This document shows positions 13,801-24,671 of a DNA stretch of 64,000 nt, in pieces. The position numbers and the translations under genes are program-made. Each line of letters opens with the position of its first letter. Position 1 is the stretch's first letter. This stretch comes from Magallana gigas (Eukaryota), in contig NC_088854.1 of assembly GCF_963853765.1 (NCBI RefSeq), positions 20,088,001-20,152,000 of the forward strand. The letters are read 5' to 3'. The notes beneath the pieces were generated by a model, which was given only the letters and a program-made list of their open reading frames with translations, ran no database searches and was not told the origin of the DNA.

Positions 13801-15974
13801 TATATATGTCTATAAATATACCAATTCAATTTACACCTACATGAACATTATATAAATTGTACCTTTGTAATTGGTCACATTGGCTATATTTGGTTGTTAT
13901 TCAGCTGGTTTGCAAGACCTTTTTCAGAGAGCGTCTTTATTTCTATTCTGAGTACTATGGTATTAAGTTTCGGTAATCGTTTCTCTATTTAGCCATATTA
14001 ACACCTTGCATTTTTTACTCCATTGTGTTTGCCATACATAAAAGCATCCATTATAGATTGTTGTACGTATATAAACTATTTCTATACAATGTTTGAAAGC
14101 TATATCACATGTTATTAGCTGACATATTTTTTTTGTTGGTCATTTGAGATTAATTTCATATTACACAGTTTTTACCATTGATATATACTCAAATATACTA
14201 GTAGAAAATTACCAGTTGTAACAGGTAAAAAAAATTCTAATGCAGGCATATAGAAGAACAAAAGGAAGGGAGTGGCTTTATTTTTTTCTTCAAAATTAAA
14301 AGTTCTGTTATCTTAGTAATAATGTTTTGTTCATTTTTTAACAGTTAAGTTTTAATATAAAAATATGAATGTACAAATTAACAAGATATCCAGTTGGCCA
14401 ATTATACTGTTACATATGTACCAGTTTTTGCTGAAATTTTTTAAATTATTAAAATTTATTAAATTAATGAATTATGTCTATAAGAACTTTTGGTTGATTG
14501 TCTGTATTCTGTCTTTCCTTGTTCTTTTCTGCATCTCTTTTGACGATTTAAAAAGATAAACCTGCCTTTTACAGAAGATAAATATTTTTGTCATGGTAGA
14601 GAAGTTAAAATGTGGCATGGTTTTCATAGAGTAAAACTGTTCCTTGTTTCTTTGAATTAGGCTGTCCAAAATTAATTCTATGTTTAACATTGCCTCCACA
14701 CGTAGGTTTTGGAGAAATTGTTTAAAAAAAAAAAAATAAACCCCAATTTTCAGTTTTGTTTTTTCCTGTTTGATTTTATTTTTTTCCCAACTAAAATACT
14801 GTTTAAAGCACATTATTAATTATACATTGACATCCAGTGGGATTGTCTTTAAAACTGATAAGAAGGATCATGAAGCAGTTAGTTTACATAAATTTTAAAT
14901 ACACTCACTGCATTTGTATTAATTAATGTAAATGAATAAAAAATCATTGTTTGAAAATTTTGTTTGTTTTAATTTTATCGCCCTAGCTCCATTGTAGGTT
15001 TGGTGTTTTGAAGGTGATGTTAAACATAAGAGTTAACTTTAAGCAGCCTTAAATAACAAAACAATTACATTAGTTTTAGTGAAGATTTTTAATACATCTT
15101 AATTTTCGTAAAAGTTTGTGTGCCTTTTGTGTTTACTTACAAATCCTTTCTGCTTTCAAGACCAGCTTCATTCCAAAGAACTGGGTACGCTAAGTATAAC
15201 ATATCGGCCCTGTTGAAATGTGAAAAATCAAACACATGATATCTTTAAAATGTTCGCCGGAATAGTTCATGTAGGACACCCCATGCATGAAAGTAACTTT
15301 CGTTTGCTAAAATTCACGTGCGTTTGGTAATTGTAAACTCCGAAACCGGACCTTGTTTACGGATTTTGTAAAATATATGGGTTTTTGTAATGTTTGATCT
15401 GATATTTCTATAAGGACGCATTCAAGTACATACACCAATATTTCAGAATAGCACAATTTTAGACTGCTTATTAACATAGAAACGGAAAAAAATATGTACA
15501 AGACTGCGGCCACTTTCGTTTTTTATTTTTTTCTATTTTCAAGATGCACAAAAAAATGAATGTTTTCATTGGCTAGCTAAGACGTAAGATGAGTTTCTTT
15601 AATATGACAATGCCTAAATAAATACTTAACTGTAAAAATAGACTTATGTTGACAATTGACTTTAATTAAAGAAAAATAAAACCGTTCCATGGAAAAATTG
15701 GAGTATTTTTTATTAGTTTATTAGTCCTTAGACACAGTGTATTTGAATTACTTACAATTACATACCGTGTATTGCAGATAAAATTGTCAACATTGTTGTG
15801 TAGTAAAAAAAAATATACAATATTGATTTCAGGATGGATATAAGAAGAAATATTTTTTTTAAAAAACCTCAACATTTCTTATAATTTGCTATTTAATGAA
15901 TATAAAGTTATCTGTGTGTCGTTGTACTCTACATAAATGAGGTAACAAGTGTAAACAAATGACGTCATAAAGTA

Positions 15975-16013
<39 letters not shown>

Positions 16014-18935
16014 TTTATACAGATACATTTAAAATTTCAAAACAGTTTTATTATCAAATCAGAAGTCAGATTCAAAACATTATATTTGTGTAGATTTATA
16101 TATTTGGTACAACGTTATTAGAAATATAATTATACTAGTAAATCAGACACTGAATGTTTGCCGATCCTGTTGAAGTAATTAAATCAAACTTAAAAAAAAT
16201 ATTTTCACAAGAAAAATATAATAGTGATCATATTTCTATATGCATGCATTTTAAGCGCCCAGTATATTTACTAGTACATGGGTGTCATTAGTCTCTGTAA
16301 CGGGACATGTGTCTAGGGGTTAGTCGCGTACATATTCTACAGTATTTAAAAAAGTACAACATTTTGCGTAAGAATGTAGGAATTCAAAACTAATGATAGA
16401 TCTAGCTGTGTTTAGCTTTTTAAATGACAACTTTAATTCTAGAAAATACATTAATTACCTTTTTACATCGTTCACGGATGTCTTGCGTTAATTATTTCTT
16501 GATCGGTCTAAACTATCTATTACGGTAGAATGTTGGTAATACATGTAATTGGTGTTGAGTTATCATTATTAACAAAAAATAATCATTTCAGATTAAAACA
16601 TTGTCAAATATATATTCATGTCGCTGGAATATTTACTGGAGGAATTAAATCGCCGAACAGGGGTATGTCCCGATTTTTGATCAATTGATCGATTTCATTC
16701 ATCTTGAAAAGATATAACTTGCGTGTCTTACTAAATGTACATTAATCAATTAGTAGTCAAGTGTGCATAGTGTTTCTTCGATAAATTTCTTCTAAAACAT
16801 TCAATCAAAAGTATAATATATATATATATATGTTACAAAACAAATGTAAATCATTTGACCCCCTCCCAATGGATTTATTCAAAACATTGGAGATCTAATC
16901 CTTTTAGTGTTAGGTAATTTAAAAGCAGGTCTTCGCGCGATAACTTCACATGAATTCATAATGTTTGCGTGCCGATTAGTGGACGGGATCATGAGAGTAC
17001 CCCAGAGCACACCGTGTGTACACATGCAGCTTTATAAATATTTGAATAACAAAAACTGTTTCTATTACTTTCCTATCGTTGGAAATGACAAAAAGGCCTT
17101 TGATTTTCCATCTTAATATAACAAATACAATTTAACTGCTTTATCTTTCAAGCTAACATGCAATTATTTGATACATGCACACTTCAAAATAATTTGAAAT
17201 AATGAAATGAATTAATTTCAAATAATATACATGTACATGCTCCAGCTATTATGGTGTTCCGATGGGGCCACTTCGACTTTCGCCTTGAGGGCGAAGATGC
17301 GAGAGTGTGAAGTTGCGAAGGCAAAATTGCGAAGGTGCGAAGGCGAAGGAGCGAAAGTGCGAAGATGCGAAGGCGAGAGTGCGATGGCGAAGGAGCGATA
17401 CTACTATCGCTCTTTCGCCAATGCAACTTCGCACTCTCGCCTTCGCAACTTCACACTTTCGCCTTCGTCTTTTTTTTATTGCATTCAGTATGAGGTATCG
17501 GTCGATTCCAATGGAATCGAATTTGTTGCAGGCACCGTACTCGCCCGAGGTTTGCCGATTAATCTCAGATGTTATTGATACCCATGCGCTATAGGCCATC
17601 GTGCTTACTATGAAAGTTTATAAATATTTTACTGTGTTATGTGACATATATGTTTACCGGTGCTCACTATGCCTAATCATTATATACTCCTCATAAAATG
17701 TAATGTCCGCAATAATGTGTACACATACACTTCCAGACTCCCGTCACTTATCAGCTGTCTGTTTACCTTAAACCAACATCGTGGTTCAAACACATTATAC
17801 CATTTTAATTAAATTATATGCGACATTCCTTTTTCATGCACGGATGAGCTTGAGAGGGGCCCAGACCCCCCCCCCCCCCCCTTCCCCCACGTAAAATTAA
17901 TTTCACACAGTAATGGAGAGAGGGTCGGACACCTCCCCCCCCCCCCTCCACCCCTGGAAAATTTAGTATTATTGATTTCACATAGTAAAGTTACTAAAAA
18001 TATGCCTCGGACCTCCCACCCCCTCCCCCGACTAGTACAATAGTACAATTATCCCTCGGATCCCCCCCCCCCCTTCCCCACTAGAAATAATGAAAATATT
18101 GATCTGCGCGGGGTGTTGAAAATAAATTCTCAAAAGTTAATCTTCTGCCAAAGATGTTATTTTATACAGCTAAAAATATCTTTAAACGATAGAGAGCTCC
18201 AAAAACATAAAAAGGCGAAGGCAAAAGTGCGAAGGCGAGAATGCGAAGTTGCGAGGGCGAAAGAGTGATAGTAGTATCGCTCCTTTGCCCTCGCAACTTC
18301 GCACTTTCGCCTTCGCATCTACGCGCTTCGCCGTCGCATCTTCGCACTTTCGCTCCTTCACCTTCGTACCTTCGCCTTCGCAACCTCGCATCTTCGCCCG
18401 AAATTGCAAAGGTCGAAGTGACCCTTTCAGAACACCAAAAGCTATATATCAAGGAAAAAGACTGAATTTTCTACTTCTGTTTATGAATTTATGAATAACA
18501 GCGAAAATTAAAATTCATGTCATAAGATACGGTAGCCCTTGAATTATTTTGTTAACTCGAGCAAGCTTTTTGGAAGGCTATTACTTGTACAGCTTACACT
18601 TCTGTCAAAACTGGAGAAATAGTTTGTCACATGCTCAAAACAAGGATGACAGGCACGTGTTATTGCTGTTTTCATTCTCTTGTCTAATCATCTTAAAGAG
18701 AGGACAAGCATTGTGTGCAAGTTTATAAGATTATAGGAGTTGACACTGCTGCTGATTTCTATAAAACCAGTGATCAATCTGGAGCGGGCAAAACCTGCCC
18801 TTTCAATTTTTCAAAAATCCGTCAAACTAGATAATATAAAAATGCAGTTTTTAATTTTTACCTCGCCTAAAAAGCTCTTACAGTAACTTTGAAAGAAAGA
18901 TGTTCACATGCATTAGACATTTAAATTGATTTTAG

Positions 18936-18969
<34 letters not shown>

Positions 18970-21900
18970 ACATTGATTTTAAATACATTTTGCCCATCTT
19001 CTCAATTTGTACATTAATCTTGTACATTGGGCGTTTTCAGAGGTGCAACGGAAAGTTGCGTAACACGACCTCTGGTGAGAGAATGCAAACTATTATGATG
19101 ATGATGTATAAATTTATATAACATGAAACATAATTAATTCCTTACTGCAAAAGGCAAAAAAATAATGGATTAAATATGTCTTTATTTACATTATATACCA
19201 GAACATCCTTTCTTTAATTATTATTTGAAGAACGTTGTCAATACATTTCATGACGTCATGACGTTTTTAGTTAACTGAATAGCTATAAACGATGCTTTGT
19301 TTAGATAACTATTATATGGAAACCGTAAAAGATATTTTCAAAAATCAAACTGTTTTGAAACCGGTTAATTCTCCAAATATTTCACTCAAAATTTCATTAA
19401 CTTTGAAAACAGGGCCGATTTTGCTGCTTACCGTACCCAGTTCTTTAGATTTATAAGAGTATATTAAACAAGTAATGAAATAGAACTAGACAACATAATG
19501 AGTATCAATAACACATTTATTCCAACTTAGTACCAGACAACATTATGAGTATCTACATGAGATTGTGTAACACATTTATTTTAACTCGGTTTTTCACTCT
19601 CAATTTTTGAATTCTAAGTAGGTGGCGAAAACAAATTCAAGTACCGGTAATTTTTAAACAGATTACTGTCTTGGTTTTTTTTCTCTCAAAGATCAATGTG
19701 ATATTCAAAGACTTGTAAGACTCTATGTTAATTAACAATGATATGCTAGATTTTTTGTAAAATGTTATTACTAACAACTGTTTTATGTCCAATTATTAGA
19801 TGTTTCATTTAAACATTTATGAAATAATTGCCAGTGGGTTGATTTTCCACCAATCAATTATTTGGTGAACCTTAAATAGTGGTTTGTAAAATGTTATCAT
19901 ACTTGTGTCCTGAAGGGTACTCTGTCACTGGTCTTGAAATGCTTTAATTAGCTATCTCATGTTAGGAGGATTATATTTGGATCAAATGTTGAAGTTTCTG
20001 TGGTAATTATGGGCTGCTGAGGTCTTCTGCAAGTGGGAGACACCTGAGTCTTTCTGTGTGCAGAGGTTAACACCAAATATGGAACTGTCTGCAACTTGCA
20101 TGCATAAATTGGATTTCATAGCTTAAAGGATGCAAATTCATTGATTTTTGACCAGACTATCATAATTGGTGATGAACATCTGCTTTTATCTTAGTATCTA
20201 TCTTGTACACAGTTGCTTTTACCTAAAACAAGGTGTTACGGTGGTACAAAATACTTGTGTATGTTTAAAAGTAACAACATACATATAAAATAAAGAGAGG
20301 AAACTCCTCTAGATATTTTTGTACTCTGTTGTAGATATCAAGTCAGCCAGTAATATAGTTTTCTCCAATGGTGACCTTGACCCATGGCACAGAGGAGGGG
20401 TAATTATTTTTTTTTAATGATATATTTATTTACCCAGTTTTTCCTTAACATTTAAAACTCTCTCTCTCATAACTTGCTGTAACATTTCTTTGTATGTTAC
20501 TTTGTTTATAGGTAACACAGGCACCTAACCCTTCTGTCGGAGTCATAATGATAAAGGGAGGAGCTCATCACTTGGATCTTAGGTAGATATATTACCATTT
20601 CCAATTTATTCATGTACATTCAAGATTCACGGATGTACCGTGAAGATTGAAAAATGATTTTTGTTTGGTTGGTTGCAACGTAAGATTTATTGTAGTCTCT
20701 TTTCATGAATATGATATATACAAATAAAAGCTGAACACAATTGTCATTCTACCCTGACATGCTGATATAGGCCGGGGGACACCCCAAATACAACAGAAAT
20801 AAAATATGCCATTTATTTTAAATTGTGGCTGTGTTCTGCTTTTTTTTTCATTTTCTCCAGATACCCAGCAAGAGTATATGTTTCATTATATCTTTTCTTA
20901 AGTTTAATGAACAAAACATAACATATGGAACTGCATGATAATTTGATTATCCTTACTTTCAAGAATTGTTTATATTGGTAAATTGGTTTGCAATGATAAA
21001 CATTTAGAATACTATCCTTTGTTTACATCTGATCACTATTTTGTGCAGTTCTAATCTGTTTGATTATCATTCAGTGAATACACTGTTTTTAACCGGGTTT
21101 TCGAACGGAAAAATCCGGTTATTAAAATGGCGGGCGGGTGGGTGGGCTGGCGGCTGCCGAAAGGGTACCCTCATTGTACGGATAACTCCTCCTACAGTTT
21201 TCACGATAGGAAGATGTTCTTTTGCAGATCAATTGTACATATATCAGAGGTGTGCATATTGCTAGGATTTTGATTTCCGATAATTTGTCGAAAAAATACC
21301 AGCTTTTGAACTTAGTCATTTTTTGGCAAAATATTGCATATAGGGTACCCTCATTGTACGGATAACTCCTCCTACAGTTTTCAAGATAGGAAGTTGTTCT
21401 TTTGCAGATCAATTGAACATATATCAGAGGTGTGCATATTGCTAGGATTTTGATTTCTGATAATTTTTAAAAAAAATACTAGCTTTTGAACTTAGTCATT
21501 TTTGGCAAAATATTGCATATAGGGTACCCTCATTGTACGGATAACTCCTCCTACAGTTTTCAAGATAAGAAGTTGTTCTTTTGCAGATCAATTTTACATA
21601 TATTAGAGGTGTGCATATTGCTAGGATTTTGATTTCTGATAATTTATGAAAAAAATACCAGCTTTTGAACTTAGTCATTTTTTGGCAAAATATTGCATAT
21701 AGTGTACTCCATTTCACTGGATAAGGGTCGACATGGATTATGGATACAGTTCACATAAAAGAAAACCCGGTTTGCTGTATGTATTTATGTATTTTTAAGG
21801 CTTTTTAAAGGACTGTTACAGGTAAATCTGTTTTAAAGTTACGTAAAACATACATGCTCTTAATGTTCACCTGAGATTAGAAGGAAAATCTCTACAGAAT

Positions 21901-22576
21901 AGAACTAATTATCAGATCAATCATCCTTTAATATTTACTGTATTCTGAATTTGAAAATGAAAACTTTTTTGTGAGAAACAAAATCAGAGGTTCTTCATCA
22001 TATATACCTTAAGACACTTTGGTAAATTAGATTCATATGAGTATCCACAGTAATGTAAATATTTACAGAATTTGCGAAGTTGTCTGACACTTATATGTAC
22101 CAGGTATATAGGGGAATTTGTCACTGTATTTGGTACTTGAAATCTGTCTTCAGGATCTTGAAGCAATTTTACGTCATTTTAGTCGTCAGTCAAAATTTCA
22201 CTCAGTCATAAAATAATTATTTAATAACATGGCAACTGAAATTTGTAAATTAAACTAAAACTTAATATGCAGACAATTTTAATAGCATTTCAATTTTGTC
22301 ACTATTTTCCAATCAAGAGACATTAAGACAGTGTACAATTTTGTACCTAAATGCTTTGTGATAATGATCTGCTTTACTTTTTTAATAAACTTTTCTCTTA
22401 ACTGTAACTGTCTTTTCAAACATTTAACTATTTTTTTTATATGTACTAATTATGACTTTTTTCCCCTCTGTTGCAGAAGCAAAAACAAAGATGACCCTGC
22501 ATCAGTGATACAAGCAAGGAATCAGGAAAAGGACTACATCAAGAAATGGATAGCAGAATTCAGACAATCTCAATAA
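432..22576 (+). CDS. DPP7: Dipeptidyl peptidase 2 (DPP7/DPP-II, peptidase family S28), 3' part of a multi-exon gene. Exons: 432-595, 889-1024, 1146-1230, 4082-4248, 12374-12434, 12839-12954, 13445-13601, 20335-20399, 20512-20582, 22477-22576. The 5' exons lie upstream of the window.
   Basis: Ten exons, each bounded by AG/GT, with compatible phases; they total 1122 nt (373 aa + TAA). Motifs: [16 protein letters not shown] (catalytic Ser), [17 protein letters not shown] (typical of DPP7 rather than PRCP), AWDYQACTE, NGDLDPW (Asp), GGAHHLDLR (His), [10 protein letters not shown]. Confidence 0.92.
889..1024 (+). CDS. DPP7: DPP7 coding exon ([28 protein letters not shown]...WEDVTK)
   Basis: gttttcag acceptor; AAG|gtc donor; completes the GGSYGG nucleophile motif. 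Confidence 0.93.
1146..1230 (+). CDS. DPP7: DPP7 coding exon ([17 protein letters not shown]...KKPG)
   Basis: ttttgacag acceptor; G|gtaag donor; phase fits both neighbouring exons. Confidence 0.88.
2869..3136. repeat. Intronic minisatellite, three copies of a ~90-bp unit
   Basis: The anchor aaatttctg recurs at 2869, 2962 and 3052; taactagaccattattg..tcattctccaaaaatg is present in each copy. Confidence 0.85.
4082..4248 (+). CDS. DPP7: DPP7 coding exon ([14 protein letters not shown]...[20 protein letters not shown])
   Basis: ttctacag acceptor; AAG|gtaag donor; conserved DYPYP motif. Confidence 0.93.
4715..6270 (+). mobile_element. Non-autonomous Helentron/HINE-like element of the bivalve type, with 166-bp satellite-like internal repeats; interrupted by a nested element
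   Basis: (GTT/GTC)n microsatellite followed by gtaaacttttcac...ccactgggccaatttcaaccaaacttggcacaaag, a core I recognise from bivalve HINEs. aagctgtaacttgtgtg repeats at 5764 and 5930 (period 166). 3' end is atggcccatgagcctcttt. Family assignment is from memory, not a database search. Confidence 0.65.
4943..5706 (+). mobile_element. Second HINE/Helentron-like non-autonomous element, nested in the first
   Basis: 5' hairpin ataccccctgcaaac-gaa-gtttgggg...; GTCC/GTCT microsatellite; 3' subterminal inverted repeat gcgggggttat (5664-5674); short hairpin tgtgag-gttg-cttaca; ends in ctagtt; T-rich at both junctions. Confidence 0.65.
6822..6990. mobile_element. 169-bp MITE with TA target duplication (Tc1/mariner-pogo type)
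   Basis: TA|CAGTAAAACA...TGTTTTACTG|TA, a 10-bp perfect TIR. aacatgcttataa (6843-6855) is also inverted at 6972-6984. Confidence 0.75.
8690..8936 (-). mobile_element. Degraded 5' fragment of the same HINE-like family as 4715-6270, in the opposite orientation
   Basis: ccaagtttggttgaatatggcccagtgg is the reverse complement of the core near 4825-4855; GACA repeats; terminal aaaagctc...caagtgagctaaaaaa. Confidence 0.6.
9341..9390. repeat. Perfect 25-bp tandem duplication
   Basis: aaatgataaggagttgtgggattat at 9341-9365 and 9366-9390. Confidence 0.9.
9915..10423. mobile_element. ~510-bp TIR MITE with a TTAA flank (Kolobok- or piggyBac-like)
   Basis: aagggacttggacacga (9915-9931) and tcgtgtccaagtccctt (10407-10423) form a 17-bp perfect inverted repeat. 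TTAA is present at the right end; the left flank is degenerate. Confidence 0.7.
11853..12200 (+). mobile_element. Left part of a related TTAA-AGGG MITE; right end not found
   Basis: Begins ttaaaggggcatgttcacaattt. The internal gatacagagctaacaattctttgtt resembles gatacagagttcataattctttgtt in the 9915 element. Confidence 0.5.
12374..12434 (+). CDS. DPP7: DPP7 coding exon ([20 protein letters not shown])
   Basis: ttttactttaaag acceptor; G|gtaag donor; phase-compatible. Confidence 0.85.
12839..12954 (+). CDS. DPP7: DPP7 coding exon ([38 protein letters not shown])
   Basis: ttttgcag acceptor; CAG|gtac donor; CADPTGCG and AWDYQ motifs. Confidence 0.93.
13445..13601 (+). CDS. DPP7: DPP7 coding exon ([23 protein letters not shown]...QFWAE)
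   Basis: ttgttacag acceptor; A|gtaagt donor; ACTE, DMFP and YCQKTWGV motifs. Confidence 0.93.
15978..16009. repeat. (GA)16 microsatellite
   Basis: Read directly from the sequence. Confidence 0.95.
17244..18443. mobile_element. Foldback-like structure: two ~235-bp inverted arms (17244-17478, 18208-18443) built of GCGAAG/TTCGC modules, each arm itself a hairpin
   Basis: Left arm starts agctattatggtgttccgatggggccacttcgac; the reverse complement of the right arm starts agcttttggtgttctgaaagggtcacttcgac. Hairpin centres are gcgata-ctac-tatcgc (17395-17410) and gtgata-gtag-tatcgc (18265-18280). Confidence 0.6.
17835..18110. mobile_element. Poly-C-rich short element with degenerate CATGCGCGGATC-type ends
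   Basis: catgcacggat at 17835, gatctgcgcg at 18101-18110, several C9-C16 runs between them. Family recognition is from memory. Confidence 0.4.
18938..18967. repeat. A30 homopolymer
   Basis: Read directly from the sequence. Confidence 0.9.
20335..20399 (+). CDS. DPP7: DPP7 coding exon ([21 protein letters not shown]), catalytic Asp
   Basis: ctgttgtag acceptor; GGG|gtaat donor; [13 protein letters not shown] motif. Confidence 0.93.
20512..20582 (+). CDS. DPP7: DPP7 coding exon ([24 protein letters not shown]), catalytic His
   Basis: tttgtttatag acceptor; AG|gtag donor; GGAHHLDLR motif. Confidence 0.93.
21086..21777 (+). mobile_element. HINE/Helentron-like non-autonomous element carrying three tandem 179-180-bp repeats (21162-21700)
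   Basis: 5' hairpin taaccgggtttt-cgaacgg-aaaaatccggtta; GGCG/GGTG microsatellite; agggtaccc at 21162, 21342 and 21521; aaaacccggtt (21762-21772) is a perfect 11-bp inverted repeat of aaccgggtttt (21091-21101). Confidence 0.8.
22477..22576 (+). CDS. DPP7: DPP7 last coding exon ([32 protein letters not shown])
   Basis: ttcccctctgttgcag acceptor; DPASV..AR motif; TAA at 22574-22576. Confidence 0.92.
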
Positions 22577-24671
22577 TGCCAACAGCATAGTATTAATTTG
22601 ATATTTTGTGCTGAATGTACCAAAGTACCGTATCAAATGGAGAATTTGTCTGTGTGAGCAGTCTGTGCTGTAGTCATTCACAGTTTTTTTTAAACATATA
22701 TTTTTTTTACTAGAATGTTATATACTAATTTATAACTTGTACTTGTAAAACCAATCACTCATTTGATTACTGAATTTTTTATATAACACTGTGATGACTT
22801 AATCATGACAATTTATAGTAATTTTTATTATGCAAATGTAACAGGGGGTATATTTGTTGAATGTTGAAGAAATCAAACAACGCCTGTTCGGGTTCTGGGC
22901 ATCTCCAATATTTATTAAGATAGATGGTAAACAAATGAATAGCCCTACAATGAATAACAACAATATAAATATACAGCATAAAAATATTACAATAGGAGCA
23001 AGTTGCGCTACTTATTTTTACATTAATCCATTATACATGTAAGAATTACTTATGTATCTAAAAATAGGTTTGCAATGATATTCATCTGTAATGTCTATAA
23101 ACACTATATTATTCTAAATCATAAAACAGTTAAACATACCATTCTATGGGAATGCGCTCTTGTACAGTATTATAACTCTATGGTATGTACAGTGTACTAT
23201 CTGGTATGGCAACAACAAATTATTGTAAAGTTTACATTAATAAACTTGTACTTATGTTCACAATATAAAGGGATAAAAACAGTGAACATATTCATGTTAT
23301 TCTTATCTATTAAAAAGTTGATATCTCACAAAATCATTCACTCTTACTGTGCATGAGCTATTGTTTTAATTTGGCAAAATTATAGAATTCACTGTTAATG
23401 AAATGTATAACTATTAATCAAATTATAAAAATTAGTAATGTTAACTTACCAAGAGGTAGAGTTTGTTACGTTTCAAAAGTCAGCTTTCAGATTACGAAAA
23501 AAACCCACTCTCTTTGATGTGACAAAGAAATATGACAAACCAGCTCCAAGAATTTGGAGGGAAATATCAACAACCAATAAAATCAAAGAAGACAAAACTA
23601 AAAACCAATTGAATACCTAGATACATTATATATTTGGCCAGAACCTTCAGGTTGCACAACACTATTAATTTTTACTATATATTCTTACCAAAATTACGCA
23701 ACTTTAGATACGGGTAGCAAGTTTAAAACAAACTTCTGGGTAAATTCCTCTTTACAACTTTTAAAACAATTGTTCCTAACCAATTTAGTAGCAAAAAACA
23801 CACAGCCATCCACAAAGGCACGAGAGTTTGTTTACATCAAAGTTACACATGTGCTTGAAAATCATGTCCGAGCCCTTTCACACCCCTGCCTAAACAACTG
23901 GCATCAAAAATTCAAGTGACCTTGTATTTGTACAAAGGTGGGAAAATCAGGCATTTTACATGTTGTTTTTTATCTCATAAAAAAGTACAGTCCCTGGCGC
24001 CGGTGGAAAACTCCTAAAAACGAAGGGGAATTCGGGAATTATTTTCACTCAGCCATGTTTTGACGTGAACCTTCGAAAAAATAGTGTTGTGATACCTGCA
24101 TTACAACCCTAAGGCAATTTATACCATGGTCAAGATAGCTGCCTGTTCTATTCAATTGACCATGACCAGATTTTTAAGTTTATTAAAGATTTTATTATAT
24201 ACTTTAGTATTAAGTTTTAAGTTTATTTAAACAATAATTAAAACATAATTATATTAATTTAATTATCAATAAATTAATTACTTTTATTTATAGATTTATT
24301 AATTTCATAATTAATAAATCTGTAACTCCTACACAAAGGCTACTTAAAGTTCATTCATTGACAAAAACATGTAGGGTAAAAATGTGATAATAGTAATCTT
24401 TCCTGTTGTGTGTAACTTTCAGATGGTGTTAAATTTTTTTGATTAACCAATTAGTGAGTTTGTTTTTTATTCCATGGCCAATGAAGGCTTCACTAGAGAT
24501 GTAAAGACACTCTGGTCCTTCACCACCTTGCAATACAAACACTTACCATTCTGCTCATCAATTTATTATCATAATAATGAGTCTTAGTTTTATCATCCAG
24601 CCTGTACTTTTTTTCCCTTCAAACTTTACTGTATCGTTTAAATAAAATGTCAGATATGTAAGAAAACATAA

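Larger units (their letters stand above)
15175..19446. mobile_element. ~4.27-kb non-coding segment bounded by ~45-bp imperfect TIRs (putative non-autonomous DNA transposon) in a DPP7 intron
   Basis: aaagaactgggtacg (15175-15189) inverts to cgtacccagttcttt (19432-19446); atcggccctgtt (15203-15214) inverts to aacagggccgat (19408-19419), at near-equal spacing. No transposase ORF. Confidence 0.55.

Noticed and set aside
17184-18494. Cluster of R/E/A/S-rich ORFs on both strands
   Set aside because: Translations of the GCGAAG modular inverted repeat, not genes.
18925-18981. A30 flanked by attgatttta on both sides, as a possible solo poly(A) retro-insertion with TSD
   Set aside because: The repeats do not abut the poly(A) (gat and ctac intervene) and are low-complexity AT-rich sequence.
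21162-21700. Regular repeats considered as a CRISPR-like array
   Set aside because: Contiguous 180-bp monomers with no unique spacers, in a eukaryotic intron with no cas genes.
21984-22166. 60-aa minus-strand ORF (..[17 protein letters not shown]..) in the last DPP7 intron
   Set aside because: No ATG, weak acceptor and no recognisable family; a blastp hit would be needed to revive it.
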